Below, one piece after another: positions 20,280-30,326 of a DNA stretch of 64,000 nucleotides. The notes beneath the pieces are model-generated. The model saw only the letters and a list, made by a program, of their open reading frames with translations, was not told the DNA's origin and searched no databases. The translations under genes and the position numbers were made by a program. Each line of letters opens with the position of its first letter. Within the stretch, counting starts at the first letter, position 1. This stretch comes from Candidatus Caldarchaeum sp. (GTDB lineage: Archaea; Thermoproteota; Nitrososphaeria_A; Caldarchaeales; Caldarchaeaceae): NCBI GenBank assembly GCA_038885755.1, contig JAVZZH010000003.1:128432-192431 (forward strand). Direction: 5' to 3'.

Positions 20280-22745
20280 ATGGTGAGGAGTTCGGCGATT
20301 GTGGTATTCGACCTCGACGGAACTCTGACGGAGTTCAAGCTAGAATTAGCCACGGCACGTAGAAAAATAGCGGAGACGGCGAAAGGCTACGGCCTCGAGA
20401 TGCGTGATAGAGAATCGATTCAGGAACTCCTCGAAAAAGCCAGCCAGACTCTCTCACCCGAACAGCTGGAAACGCTGAAGCAGCAAGTGATGAGCTTGAT
20501 GGCTGAGAGCGAGATGAAAGCAGCTGGCGAGGCTGCGGCTAGGAGAGACATTCCCGAGGTGCTGGAGAAGCTGAGGAGAGCTGGGTTCAGGCTGGCTGTC
20601 GCAACTAACACAAACGAGAAGGCTGCCGCCGAGACGTTGGCAAGGACAGGCCTTGCAGAGTTCTTCGAAACAGTCGTCACAAGGAACGACGTTGAGAGGA
20701 TGAAGCCACGGCCTGACGTCTTGCTTGAAGTTGCTAGGAGGATGCAGGTTCCTCCCTCCGAGCTTGTTTACGTCGGGGACAGCGTCAACGACTACAGGGC
20801 CGCCGTCGAGGCTGGGGCCCGTTTCATAGGACTTGACGGGGGCGTACACAGCAGTGAAGAGCTGAAGGCCGCCGGAGTCAGGGATGTGGCCTCCAACCCC
20901 GCCGAGCTTCTCAACCATCTAGGCGTAGAGAACAGACCGAAGCTTGTCGTCCCAGACACGTCGGTAATAATAAACGGGACGATAACCCAGCTTGTTGAAA
21001 AAGGCGAGCTCGACAACTCAGAGCTGGTTATCCCGGTCGCTGTCATAGACGAACTCCAAGCACAGGCCTCCCAGAAGAGGGAGCCGGGCTTCATCGGGTT
21101 GAACGAGCTGAAGAAGATTAGGGCTTCCGCAGAGCAGTACGGCTTGAGCATCAGGTTTTCAGGGGAGAGGCCTAGCTTGGACGACATCAGGCTCGCTAGG
21201 AAGGGGAGGATAGATGCTCTGATCAGGGAGGTGGCCGGTAAGGAGGGAGGTGTTCTCTACACTTCGGACTACGTCCAAGCCCTGGTGGCTGAAACCGAGG
21301 GCGTGGCCGTCCGCTACTTCCCGCCCAGCGAGCTGCCGTCCATCATGTCCTTTGAGCAGCACTTCACGGACGAAACTCTCAGCCTCCACTACAAGGAGGG
21401 GGCGCCGCTGATGGCCAAGAGAGGAAAGCCCGGCAACTTCCAGCTCGTCAGGCTTGGCGAAAAACCGCTCGACGCAGCTGAGCTCAACAACCTCATCAGA
21501 GAGATAACCGAGCACGCTAGGCTGAGGCCTGATGGAAGCATCGAGATAGTGAGGAGCGGGGCCTTCGTCGCACAGATAGGCAACTACCGGATCGCTGTGG
21601 CGAGGCCTCCTTTCAGCGACGGGCTGGAGGTCACGATCGTGAGGCCGATAGTCAAGCTGAGGCTCGACGACTACAGGCTTCCGCAGAAGCTGATGGAGAG
21701 GTTTGAGAAGAGCGCCGAAGGAATCTTAATCGCAGGACCGCCTGGGAGCGGGAAGTCGACCTTCGCCGCAAGCCTAGCCGAGTTCTACGGTTCGAGAGGC
21801 AAGATAGTCAAGACGCTCGAATCCCCCAGAGACCTCCAAGTAGGGCCTGAGATAACCCAGTACGGGCCTCTGGAGGGTGATTTTGAGAAGACGGCTGAAA
21901 TACTGCTGCTCGTCAGGCCTGACTACACGGTTTATGACGAGATAAGGAAGAACAAGGATTTCATGATATTCAGCGACATGAGGCTGGCAGGGGTTGGAAT
22001 GATTGGCGTGGTTCACTCGAGCAACGCCGTCGGCGCCATCCAGCGGTTCATAGGCAGGGTTGAGCTGGGGATGATACCCCACATAATCGACACGGTGGTG
22101 TTCCTCGAAGCCGGACGCGTGTCTAAGGTCTACACGCTTTCGCTCGTAGTTAGAGTTCCGACAGGCATGACGGAGTCCGACCTAGCGCGGCCGCTTGTCG
22201 AGGTGAGGGATTTTCTCAACGACAGACTGGAGTATGAAATATACACCTACGGAGAGGAAAACGTGATCATCCCCGTCGGAAAGGTTTCGGAGGATTTGAG
22301 GCAGGAATATCAGGAGCTGGAGCAGAGGATTAAGAAGGCGCTATCGAGGTTCGACGAAGAGGTTGAGGTGAGGATTGTCGGTAGGAACAAAGCCGTCGTG
22401 CGTGTTGACAGGGCTGTCATGCCGAAGCTGATTGGCCGTAAGGGTGAGAATATAAAAAGGCTGGAGGAGGAGCTGGGGGTCTCGCTCGACGTTGAGCCGA
22501 AGATAACAAGCTTGGGAAGCGAGCTGGCCTGCGAAGTGCGTGAGAGCGGCAACACCATACGGGTGGAGGTCGGCGAGGATAACGCAGGCAGAAAAGTCAA
22601 CGTATACGCAGGAGACACATACCTCTTCTCAGCCACCGTCGGGAGGAAAGGCGTCATAGCTGTCAGAAAGAACTCCGAGAACGGCAGGTCGTTGGTGAAG
22701 GCGCTCCTAGCCGGCGAATCCATACGAGTGATTAAAACGGACTGA
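20280..22745 (+). CDS. PINA-family ATPase (PIN + ATPase + KH) with fused N-terminal HAD phosphatase
   Basis: DLDGTL, KPRP and GDSVND (HAD); VPDTSVII (PIN); GPPGSGKST; LIGRKGENIK (KH); single continuous ORF. Confidence 0.92.
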   Translation: MVRSSAIVVFDLDGTLTEFKLELATARRKIAETAKGYGLEMRDRESIQELLEKASQTLSPEQLETLKQQVMSLMAESEMKAAGEAAARRDIPEVLEKLRRAGFRLAVATNTNEKAAAETLARTGLAEFFETVVTRNDVERMKPRPDVLLEVARRMQVPPSELVYVGDSVNDYRAAVEAGARFIGLDGGVHSSEELKAAGVRDVASNPAELLNHLGVENRPKLVVPDTSVIINGTITQLVEKGELDNSELVIPVAVIDELQAQASQKREPGFIGLNELKKIRASAEQYGLSIRFSGERPSLDDIRLARKGRIDALIREVAGKEGGVLYTSDYVQALVAETEGVAVRYFPPSELPSIMSFEQHFTDETLSLHYKEGAPLMAKRGKPGNFQLVRLGEKPLDAAELNNLIREITEHARLRPDGSIEIVRSGAFVAQIGNYRIAVARPPFSDGLEVTIVRPIVKLRLDDYRLPQKLMERFEKSAEGILIAGPPGSGKSTFAASLAEFYGSRGKIVKTLESPRDLQVGPEITQYGPLEGDFEKTAEILLLVRPDYTVYDEIRKNKDFMIFSDMRLAGVGMIGVVHSSNAVGAIQRFIGRVELGMIPHIIDTVVFLEAGRVSKVYTLSLVVRVPTGMTESDLARPLVEVRDFLNDRLEYEIYTYGEENVIIPVGKVSEDLRQEYQELEQRIKKALSRFDEEVEVRIVGRNKAVVRVDRAVMPKLIGRKGENIKRLEEELGVSLDVEPKITSLGSELACEVRESGNTIRVEVGEDNAGRKVNVYAGDTYLFSATVGRKGVIAVRKNSENGRSLVKALLAGESIRVIKTD

Positions 22746-22750
22746 AAACC

Positions 22751-22996
22751 TCACTGCTTCAGCTTACAGTAAGGGCATATGCCTGCATCAGCAGGTATCA
22801 TCTCGTAGCAGTACCAGCAGAATTTCTTACCTTTCTCAGGCTCAACAGAGGGTGGGGGAGCGATGAAGAACCCCAGCACGGTCATGATAAGCCCTGAGAA
22901 TATGAAGATGTAGGAGAAAGGCAGGCCGGCTATTGCTAGGAAGACCCCGAACAAAAACACTATCCCGCCTGAGAAGAGGAGAGGCGAGCGTTTCAA
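22751..22996 (-). CDS. Small membrane protein with C-terminal zinc ribbon
   Basis: Two TM helices followed by CWYC...CPYC. Confidence 0.7.
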   Translation of the reverse strand: MKRSPLLFSGGIVFLFGVFLAIAGLPFSYIFIFSGLIMTVLGFFIAPPPSVEPEKGKKFCWYCYEMIPADAGICPYCKLKQ

Positions 22997-23241
22997 GCTC
23001 TCATCCTTCTCTCCAGACCAGCGCAGTGGACGACTCCCCTAACTCTCCTGATGTGGCTTACGCAGACAAAGCAGCTGAGGAAAGGCACCTGAGCACCTGC
23101 CACCGGGCAGTCAACATACTCCTTCTTCATCCGGGCCAGCATCTTCCCCTTGACAACCCCCTTAACCGTTTCCAGAACATCCGCATCAGCCTTCAACGCC
23201 TTTTCAGCAGTCTTGACCTCGACGTAGAATTTGGTCTCCAA
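22993..23241 (-). CDS. Small Cys-rich hypothetical protein
   Basis: CP...CFVC...HC; overlaps the next gene by 4 nt. Confidence 0.65.
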   Translation of the reverse strand: METKFYVEVKTAEKALKADADVLETVKGVVKGKMLARMKKEYVDCPVAGAQVPFLSCFVCVSHIRRVRGVVHCAGLERRMRA

Positions 23242-23302
23242 ACCGTCAAAAGCTGGAGCAGGCCTAAATATAAGCCGGAGCTCGTCTGTTGAAAAACGGG
23301 TG

Positions 23303-24682
23303 ATGTCTGTAGATTACCTGGCCGCTAAATTAAGGGACGGAGAGATAACCTGCAGAGAGGTCGTGGCATCCTGCTTGGAGATGCTGGCCGGGAGGAATGC
23401 TTCGCTGAATGCGTTCGTGAAAGTTCTTCACGAGGAGGCTCTGAGGGAGGCTTCCAAGGCCGACGAGGATCTGAGGGCGGGCAGGTACAGAGGGCCTTTG
23501 CACGGCATACCTGTCTCGGTCAAAGACGTCTTCCACGTCAGGAACGTGGCATGCACGGCTGGGTCGAGACTCCTAGCTGACAACATTCAGGCACGGGACT
23601 CGACGGTGGTAAGGAGGCTGAGGGAGGCTGGGGCGATAATCGTGGGGACGAACAACCTAGACGAGTTCTCGCTAGGGGTTGCGGGCCTGAACCCTTTCTA
23701 CGGCCCCGTCAGGAACCCTTGGAACCCGGAATACTTGGCCGGAGGGTCGAGCGGCGGCTCGGCGGCTGCTGTGGCTGCGGGGCTTGTCGCCGTGGCTATC
23801 GGAACCGACGCGGACGGGTCTGTCAGAATTCCCTCGTCTTTCTGCGGAGCGGTCGGCTTCAAGCCGAGCTACGGTCGGGTAAGCATGAACGGCGTACTAC
23901 CGGTTTGCCGAAGCCTCGAAGCGGTGGGGATAATCGCCTCCACCGTGAGAGACGTCGCCATCGTCCTCAAACATGTCGCTGGATACGACCCGGAGGACGA
24001 TTCAACAGTCTACGCAGAGGTCGAAGACTACACCGCACTGCTCAGCCATGACGTGGATGGGGATAAACTGTGTATGCCTGAGGAGGTTGGTGGATGCAGC
24101 CGTGACGTCGTGGCCAAGTTCATGGACTTCGTCAGGGTTCTCGAGAAAGTCGGGGTCGTCGTGGAGGCTGTGAAGCTCAAGCATTCAGACTATTTCGATT
24201 TATTCAGCCCTTTGATGTTCGGAGAGGCTGCGGCCATACATGATGAATGGTTCACGGTCAACTCGGATAGGTACGGTGAATCGGCTAGGATGGCGGTGGA
24301 GTATGGTCGCCGTGTCTCGGCGGTTGAGTATCTGAAGGCATGGGATGGGGTTCGGAGTTTGAAGAGAGAGTTCCACAAACTACTGGAACAGTACCACGGC
24401 GTCGTCTGCCCAACCACTCCCACGCCGGCGGTCAAGCCGGCAGATCTGGAGACAAAAAGCCTCGACACCTACAGGAAGCTGGCATCCTACACGATTCTAT
24501 ACAACTTGACCGAGCTGCCGGTCATATCGATACCTGTCGGCCTGTCATCTCAGGGACTTCCCGTCGGAGTCCAGATAGCTGGCCGGTTTTTTGACGAATC
24601 TAGAGTTCTGAGGATAGCTCATCAAGCCATGAAGAGGGTCGGTTTTACTCCGAAAGCTAGCCCTGCTTCTTTCCCCGGTTGA
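23303..24682 (+). CDS. Amidase signature family enzyme
   Basis: LHGIPVSVKD, GGSSGGSAAA, GTDADGSVRIP. Confidence 0.95.
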   Translation: MSVDYLAAKLRDGEITCREVVASCLEMLAGRNASLNAFVKVLHEEALREASKADEDLRAGRYRGPLHGIPVSVKDVFHVRNVACTAGSRLLADNIQARDSTVVRRLREAGAIIVGTNNLDEFSLGVAGLNPFYGPVRNPWNPEYLAGGSSGGSAAAVAAGLVAVAIGTDADGSVRIPSSFCGAVGFKPSYGRVSMNGVLPVCRSLEAVGIIASTVRDVAIVLKHVAGYDPEDDSTVYAEVEDYTALLSHDVDGDKLCMPEEVGGCSRDVVAKFMDFVRVLEKVGVVVEAVKLKHSDYFDLFSPLMFGEAAAIHDEWFTVNSDRYGESARMAVEYGRRVSAVEYLKAWDGVRSLKREFHKLLEQYHGVVCPTTPTPAVKPADLETKSLDTYRKLASYTILYNLTELPVISIPVGLSSQGLPVGVQIAGRFFDESRVLRIAHQAMKRVGFTPKASPASFPG

Positions 24683-25316
24683 AATTCATCAAGACGCCGA
24701 GGTTCTTGAAAACACCTCTCCAGCCCGACTCCCTCACAATCTTGAGGGCCAGCTCCCAGTCGACGCGCAGGAGTATCACCGTTATCACCGTCATGGCTGC
24801 TATGGCGAAGATGACGGAGATTAGGCTTGACTCGCCCAGAAAGATCGCTGTGTAGTGGAAGTAGGTTCTGCCGAGGTAGGCCACGGCTGTGGCGAGGAGG
24901 ATCTTTCCAAGAGTGTTGGCTATCAGAAACCTTGCGAAGCTTAGCTTAATCATCCCCGCCGGTATGATGTAGACGTCGTCGGGCAGCGGAGTCAGAGCGA
25001 ACACAAACACGCCCACGTCGCCGTACTTTCCGATGATCTCCCTCAACGCATCCATCCTGTTCTTGCTACCCTGTCCGAGGAACCGGTAGCCGAGCCTGCC
25101 CAGTGTGTAGGAGGTTATCTTGCCCAGAGAACCGCCCACGCCGGCGACCAACCCCAGTATCAACGGGTCGATGGTTTCGCTCAGCAAAACAACCACGAAC
25201 AAGTAGGGGACTGGGAGAAAGGGTATCAGGCTTCCTAGAACAGAGACGGCGAAGACGCCGGCGGGGCCGTATGTGAGAGCCAGCTCGTTTAACCAGTTCA
25301 ACCCGTCCCGAGGCAT
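24657..25316 (-). CDS. DedA/VTT (SNARE-associated) membrane protein
   Basis: FLPVPY, YTLGR, FALTPLPDD, GKI motifs. Confidence 0.85.
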   Translation of the reverse strand: MPRDGLNWLNELALTYGPAGVFAVSVLGSLIPFLPVPYLFVVVLLSETIDPLILGLVAGVGGSLGKITSYTLGRLGYRFLGQGSKNRMDALREIIGKYGDVGVFVFALTPLPDDVYIIPAGMIKLSFARFLIANTLGKILLATAVAYLGRTYFHYTAIFLGESSLISVIFAIAAMTVITVILLRVDWELALKIVRESGWRGVFKNLGVLMNFNRGKKQG

Positions 25317-26674
25317 GAAATCTCCTCGGTTATTAAACGCTCCCCAAGCTTCCGCAGCTCCTCAAGCCTGCCGACCGTAGTAGCCTCGGCGCTCATCTTA
25401 ACTTGGGGCATCGTGTTCGAGGCTCTTACGAGAATCCACCCGTCCTCGGCATACGCCTTCACCCCGTCCAGCCTGCTTGTTCTGAAGCCCATGCTTTCAA
25501 GCCGTGAACTAATCCTCTCGACTACCCTAAACTTGTGTTCGTCGGGGCAGTCGAAGACGATTATAGGGGTGGCTGGGTAGGAGGGGATTTCGTCGACGTG
25601 GGCTGAGAGAGGTTTTCGGCTCGTGTGTAGAAGCTCAGCCATCTTGAGGGCTGCGTAGACGGCGTCGTCGTCGCCGTCCAGCTCTCCGAAGTAGATGTGG
25701 TTGCTCTTCTCACCCCCAAGCACGGCTCCCAGCTCCTTGACCTTCCTCTGGATGAAAGCCCTGCCGACCTTCCACTCAACGGGAATGAACCCGAGCCTCT
25801 CAGCCACGTGTCTTAGAGCCGTTGAGGAGTTCACGTCGTAGACTACGTAGCCCTTGAGCCTCATCGTTTTTAGCAAAACGGCCACCGCCACGTCTCCTGC
25901 GAGAACCCTTCCAGCGTCGTCGACGAAAACAGCTCTGTCGGCGTCGCCGTCGAATGAGACCCCCATGTCGAAACCCTTGTCCACGACGAGTTTTCTCAGG
26001 GGTTCGATGTTCTTCTCAGTCGGCTCCGGCTCATGGCTTCTGAACAAGCCGTCCGGATTGTTGTTCAAAGCCACGTAATCTATTCCGAGGGCTTTTAGGA
26101 TGTCTGGAAACACAAGCGCCGCTGCCCCGTCGCTCAGGTCAACCGCAACCCTGAGGCCGTCCATTCTCGGGAATGATTGAATCAAGTGGTCTGAGTAGAT
26201 TTTTAGGAGGCCTACCCCTGTTATCGTTCCCTTCCTGTCCGAAGCCGGGCCGTAAGCCTCGTTCATCACCATGTCGCGTATTGCTTCCATCCCTGCTCCC
26301 TCTGAAATTGTCTCGCCGTTGCCGAGGAACATTTTGAAGCCGTTCCATTCCCGGGGATTGTGGCTGGCTGTTATCATCACTCCACCAAGCGTTTTGAAGT
26401 GGCGTGCTCCGAAGTAGCATGATGGCGTGGTGCACATGCCTGCGTCGAGGACGTCGACACCCGAGTCGGTCAACCCCTCGGTCAAAGCTCTAGCCAGCCT
26501 AGGCCCGCTGGTTCTTACGTCTCTGCCCACGATAGTCAACCCTCCAACCCTTTTACCGAAAGCCCTACCAACCTTGTAGGCGACATCCTCGTCGATGTCT
26601 CTGCCGTAAACGCCCCGTATGTCGTAGGCTCTGAAGATGTGCGGCGAAGGCCTCAAAACCCCCATTTCCTCCAA
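25298..26674 (-). CDS. Phosphomannomutase/phosphoglucomutase
   Basis: FRAYDIRG, TASHNP, DGDADR, GEKSNH, RASNT. Confidence 0.95.
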   Translation of the reverse strand: MEEMGVLRPSPHIFRAYDIRGVYGRDIDEDVAYKVGRAFGKRVGGLTIVGRDVRTSGPRLARALTEGLTDSGVDVLDAGMCTTPSCYFGARHFKTLGGVMITASHNPREWNGFKMFLGNGETISEGAGMEAIRDMVMNEAYGPASDRKGTITGVGLLKIYSDHLIQSFPRMDGLRVAVDLSDGAAALVFPDILKALGIDYVALNNNPDGLFRSHEPEPTEKNIEPLRKLVVDKGFDMGVSFDGDADRAVFVDDAGRVLAGDVAVAVLLKTMRLKGYVVYDVNSSTALRHVAERLGFIPVEWKVGRAFIQRKVKELGAVLGGEKSNHIYFGELDGDDDAVYAALKMAELLHTSRKPLSAHVDEIPSYPATPIIVFDCPDEHKFRVVERISSRLESMGFRTSRLDGVKAYAEDGWILVRASNTMPQVKMSAEATTVGRLEELRKLGERLITEEISCLGTG

Positions 26675-27312
26675 ACAGCGTCGTCTCTTAAACCCGTCAC
26701 TCTAAGCCCTGCATCGCTCAGCCCGTACCTTTTGTTGACGCCTATTAGGAAGCGGGTGAAAGCCTCCCCATACTTGGAGTTTTTCAAAGGCCCGCCGTCG
26801 ACAGGCCGGAGACCCGAGATCTGGCGGAGCAGCCCGACGACCGTCCTCTTCTCATCGAACCCGTCCCCGAAGACAAACGTGTCGGAGTCAATAGGCCTGT
26901 CTAGGTCTTGGATGATCTGGGCGCTCACCGTATGGAGGGCGGCGACGACTTTGACTGATTTGGGCAGGCGTTCAGCTAAAAGCTCAGCGGCCGAACCGTT
27001 GACGCCGGCGGGCGGCACGATGCATGAGACTGCGATGCAGTCCTGCTCAAGGCCTGCGGCCACGTCGTCCACGATCGGGGCTAAAGCCTCGTATGGGATG
27101 GTGAAGAAGACGACCCTGCATCCCTTCACCGCATTTCTGTTCGAGGCCCCTGAAACCACGGCGCTCCCCAATATTTCAACCGCCCTCCTAGCGGCCTGCG
27201 ATGCCCTCCCTTCATCCCTCGACCCGATCACAACCTCTACACCTGCTCTGGCGAGCCTGAGCACGAGCCCGAAACCGAGGTCGCCCGTCCCGCCTACTAC
27301 ACCGACCTTCAT
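26653..27312 (-). CDS. npdG: F420H2:NADP+ oxidoreductase
   Basis: VVGGTGDLGFGL, IGSR, SAAE, DGGPL. Confidence 0.88.
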   Translation of the reverse strand: MKVGVVGGTGDLGFGLVLRLARAGVEVVIGSRDEGRASQAARRAVEILGSAVVSGASNRNAVKGCRVVFFTIPYEALAPIVDDVAAGLEQDCIAVSCIVPPAGVNGSAAELLAERLPKSVKVVAALHTVSAQIIQDLDRPIDSDTFVFGDGFDEKRTVVGLLRQISGLRPVDGGPLKNSKYGEAFTRFLIGVNKRYGLSDAGLRVTGLRDDAVWRKWGF

Positions 27313-27417
27313 CAGCGGTTACGGCGATGAAAATTATTTAAACACATCAGGATGTTTAGTGGCCGGGCTGCTTGCTTTTGGATACAGTATAAAAGCTGGC
27401 TTTGCGATGTTTGAAAC

Positions 27418-28035
27418 ATGGACGACACAGTGCTGGCCGTCTCGATGATTTTGATCGTGATGGGTGTAGCTGGAATATTCATACCGTTCTCCGGAATCTC
27501 GGAGACTATGAGGCCGCTGGCCGAGTTCTCAGGCTTCATGCTGGCTCTGGGCGTCATCATGCTGCCCATAGGCTTGTTCAGGGGAGGGCTTCCGCAGCTG
27601 AGCAGCGGTAAAACATATGTTTTGACATCGCTGGGGATAGGGCTTGTTTCCTTCGTTCTTGTCTCCGCAGCTCTCCAAGTCGGTCCTTTCACCAAAATAG
27701 AGAAGTTAGAAGCCACAGGCCCTACGCCGTTCAACGTCACGGTTATCATCCTCCCCGGCTCGTTCGACCCGAGCGCTACGGAGACATACTCCCCGGCCAG
27801 CGTTAAGGTGCTCGCAGGATACAACAGCACCGTGATATGGATTAACGCCGAGAACGTCAACGTAGCCCACACAGTCACGTCCGACCAAGGGCTTTTCGAC
27901 TCAGGGTTGTTCGGCTCGAACGAAAGGTGGGTGTTTACGTTCGCCAGAGCCGGAATATACCCGTACCACTGCACACCCCATCCGTGGATGGTTGGGACGG
28001 TGACGGTAGTCGAGGGGCCGATGCCGGAAGGGTGA
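27418..28035 (+). CDS. Membrane-anchored blue-copper (cupredoxin) protein
   Basis: Three N-terminal TM helices; type 1 Cu ligands AHTVT and YHCTPHPWM. Confidence 0.9.
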   Translation: MDDTVLAVSMILIVMGVAGIFIPFSGISETMRPLAEFSGFMLALGVIMLPIGLFRGGLPQLSSGKTYVLTSLGIGLVSFVLVSAALQVGPFTKIEKLEATGPTPFNVTVIILPGSFDPSATETYSPASVKVLAGYNSTVIWINAENVNVAHTVTSDQGLFDSGLFGSNERWVFTFARAGIYPYHCTPHPWMVGTVTVVEGPMPEG

Positions 28036-28038
28036 ATC

Positions 28039-29331
28039 CTAGCAGGCTTGGACGAGACGAGCCTTTAGATAGGTTTTCTCAGCTTCGACCACTTCGGCTT
28101 CAACAAACCTGCCCAGCAGGTTTTCCCTCGTGTTCAGGATTATCGGTCTGTAGGCGTGGTTCCTAGCGGCCATAAAGCCGTTCTTCCCAACCTCGTCCAC
28201 GAGCACCTCTCCAGACCAGCCCACCCATCTCTCGTTGAGCTTCAGCTGAACCTCTTCAACCAGCTCTTTGACAGCGGCAACTCTACGGGCCACCACGCTG
28301 TGCGGCAGCGGCTTAAGCTTCTCGGCGGGGGTGTCGGGACGTGGAAAGTAGCGTGAAATGTTGACCACGTGAGGCTTGGCCCTCTCGAGGAGGCGCAGCG
28401 TCCGCTCAAAGTCGTCGTCATCCTCCGTCGGATACCCGACTATGATGTCCGTCGCAAGAGTTAGGTCTGGAATTTTTTCACGGAACCTCTCCACTATTTG
28501 GATGAACATGCTTGACGTGTGGCCGCGATTCATGTCTCGGAGCACTTTGTCCGAGCCGGACTGCACGGGCAGATGTATGAACTTGAAAACTTTCTCGCAG
28601 AGGTATGCCTCGACAAGCTGGGTCAGTATGGGGTTGAGGTATATGGGGTTCATCATCCCCACGCGGACGTAGAACCGGCCCTCCACAGCGTTGACGGCTT
28701 GCAGCAGCTGGGGAAGCAGGTTTTTTCCCGACTCAAGGCCGTAGCTGCCCATGTCTTGGCTGGTCAGCCAAACCTCCCTGCATCCCTCTGACACGCTGCG
28801 GCGCACCTCCTCCACGACCGCCCTGACCGGGTAGCTCTGGTAGCCGGGCCTTGTGTTGGGGACGATGCAGAAGCTGCACCTACTCCAGCGACAGCCCTCC
28901 GAGACAGGAACGATCGAAACAACAGGGTTGCGTCTAACCCTCGGCAATCCCGTCTTCAACACAGCAGGCTCGCCCGCATCCACGCCTCCAACCATCTCAG
29001 CGATGGCTGTGATTTTCTTGGGAGGTATCAGCAAGGCTTCCGGAGCTGCTCTCCTAACCCTCTCTCCCTCGCCCGAAACCATGCATCCAGCCACAACCAG
29101 CCTGCTGCCCATCTTAGCGAACCGCCTGACCCGGGAGACCATACGGTCGGCGGTGGGTTTCTTGACGGCGCAAGTCACCAAAACAACGTAGTCGGCTTCC
29201 TCCGGCTTCTCCACAACTTTGTACCCCCTACTCCTCAGCAGGCCTAGGGCTATCTCGCCGTCGGCTTGGTTGGCTGAGCAGCCGTAAACCTCTGCGTAAA
29301 CCCTTCCAGCAGCACCCTGCAAGGCCCGCAC
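28039..29331 (-). CDS. MiaB/MtaB-like tRNA methylthiotransferase (radical SAM + TRAM)
   Basis: YGCSANQAD, TCAVK, AGC, CRWSRCSFC, HLPVQSGSD. Confidence 0.93.
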   Translation of the reverse strand: MRALQGAAGRVYAEVYGCSANQADGEIALGLLRSRGYKVVEKPEEADYVVLVTCAVKKPTADRMVSRVRRFAKMGSRLVVAGCMVSGEGERVRRAAPEALLIPPKKITAIAEMVGGVDAGEPAVLKTGLPRVRRNPVVSIVPVSEGCRWSRCSFCIVPNTRPGYQSYPVRAVVEEVRRSVSEGCREVWLTSQDMGSYGLESGKNLLPQLLQAVNAVEGRFYVRVGMMNPIYLNPILTQLVEAYLCEKVFKFIHLPVQSGSDKVLRDMNRGHTSSMFIQIVERFREKIPDLTLATDIIVGYPTEDDDDFERTLRLLERAKPHVVNISRYFPRPDTPAEKLKPLPHSVVARRVAAVKELVEEVQLKLNERWVGWSGEVLVDEVGKNGFMAARNHAYRPIILNTRENLLGRFVEAEVVEAEKTYLKARLVQAC

Positions 29332-29624
29332 CTAGAAGCCGGGTCTTTTTAATAAGTGCGTCGCAAGCATTCAATAAATGTAGCGGTTGACGCGGCCGGA
29401 ATGGGGTGAAGGACCGCTTCAGGAAGTTATACCAAGAAAGATGAGACAAGCCTGAAGGCAATTACCATCTTTGCGTCTGCAGGATGCCTAGGAGCTGTCT
29501 GTGTTGTGGCTAGTCATTAAGTTCAACCCAAACATGATGATCGCTTGGATGTAATGCGGGTTGAGCTGTCCCTTCCTCTGGTGTCCATGCTGCCCGCCGA
29601 AGTAAGTGTGCATCCATGATGCTG

Positions 29625-30233
29625 TCAAGATATGGTGCAGAAATTTTTGACGGCCTCTACTATCTTTTCCTCTTCAAGCCTTGACAACGACGCCAGCTGC
29701 TTGACCGCTTCGTCCACCCCGTATTCTTCGACAAAAATCTTAGCAACCGCCTTCACCGTCTCCATCCTCTCCCATGGAAAAACAATCCATGCATCGGTTG
29801 ACTCGACGACGTAGTCGGGGCGCATGCGGCTCCAAGGCTTTACAAGCAGGGTCGCGGTTCTAACAGCTTCTGGTTGACGGGGTTTCAAAACCATGTTTAC
29901 CGCAGCATCTAGAGTTGCCCCTGTGTCGGCCACGTCGTCGACCAGCAGTATGTTCCTGCCTGTTAAATCTCTCAGCTCGAGGTCGTGGTAGATCTTAAGA
30001 TCCTTCCTCTCGGTGTCTGAGTATGACTTGCATCCCACTACGTAGACCTCCCTGACTCCGAGAACGTCGGACAGAAGGTTGGCCACGACCATCCCGCCCC
30101 GCAGAACTCCTACGATTGTGTCGACGCAGTAGCCGTCCGATTCTATCAGTCGTTCAAGACGGTCCACAAACATCTCCACGTCCGTCCACGTAAGAACAAG
30201 GAATTTCCGCCGCCCGACGGCTTTCGTCTCCAT
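29625..30233 (-). CDS. Purine phosphoribosyltransferase family protein
   Basis: LRGG, LLVDDVADTGAT, WIVFPWE. Confidence 0.92.
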   Translation of the reverse strand: METKAVGRRKFLVLTWTDVEMFVDRLERLIESDGYCVDTIVGVLRGGMVVANLLSDVLGVREVYVVGCKSYSDTERKDLKIYHDLELRDLTGRNILLVDDVADTGATLDAAVNMVLKPRQPEAVRTATLLVKPWSRMRPDYVVESTDAWIVFPWERMETVKAVAKIFVEEYGVDEAVKQLASLSRLEEEKIVEAVKNFCTIS

Positions 30234-30326
30234 GTTAACCTTATCCAGCCGGCTGAATTTTAGTTATCCTGCCCAGCTGCTCTAGCCGCTAATATCTATT
30301 TATGATGACTCTTCAAGCATAACTCT

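Noticed and set aside
29534-29580. C/D box sRNA starting ATGATGA
   Set aside because: No properly spaced CTGA D box or C' box.
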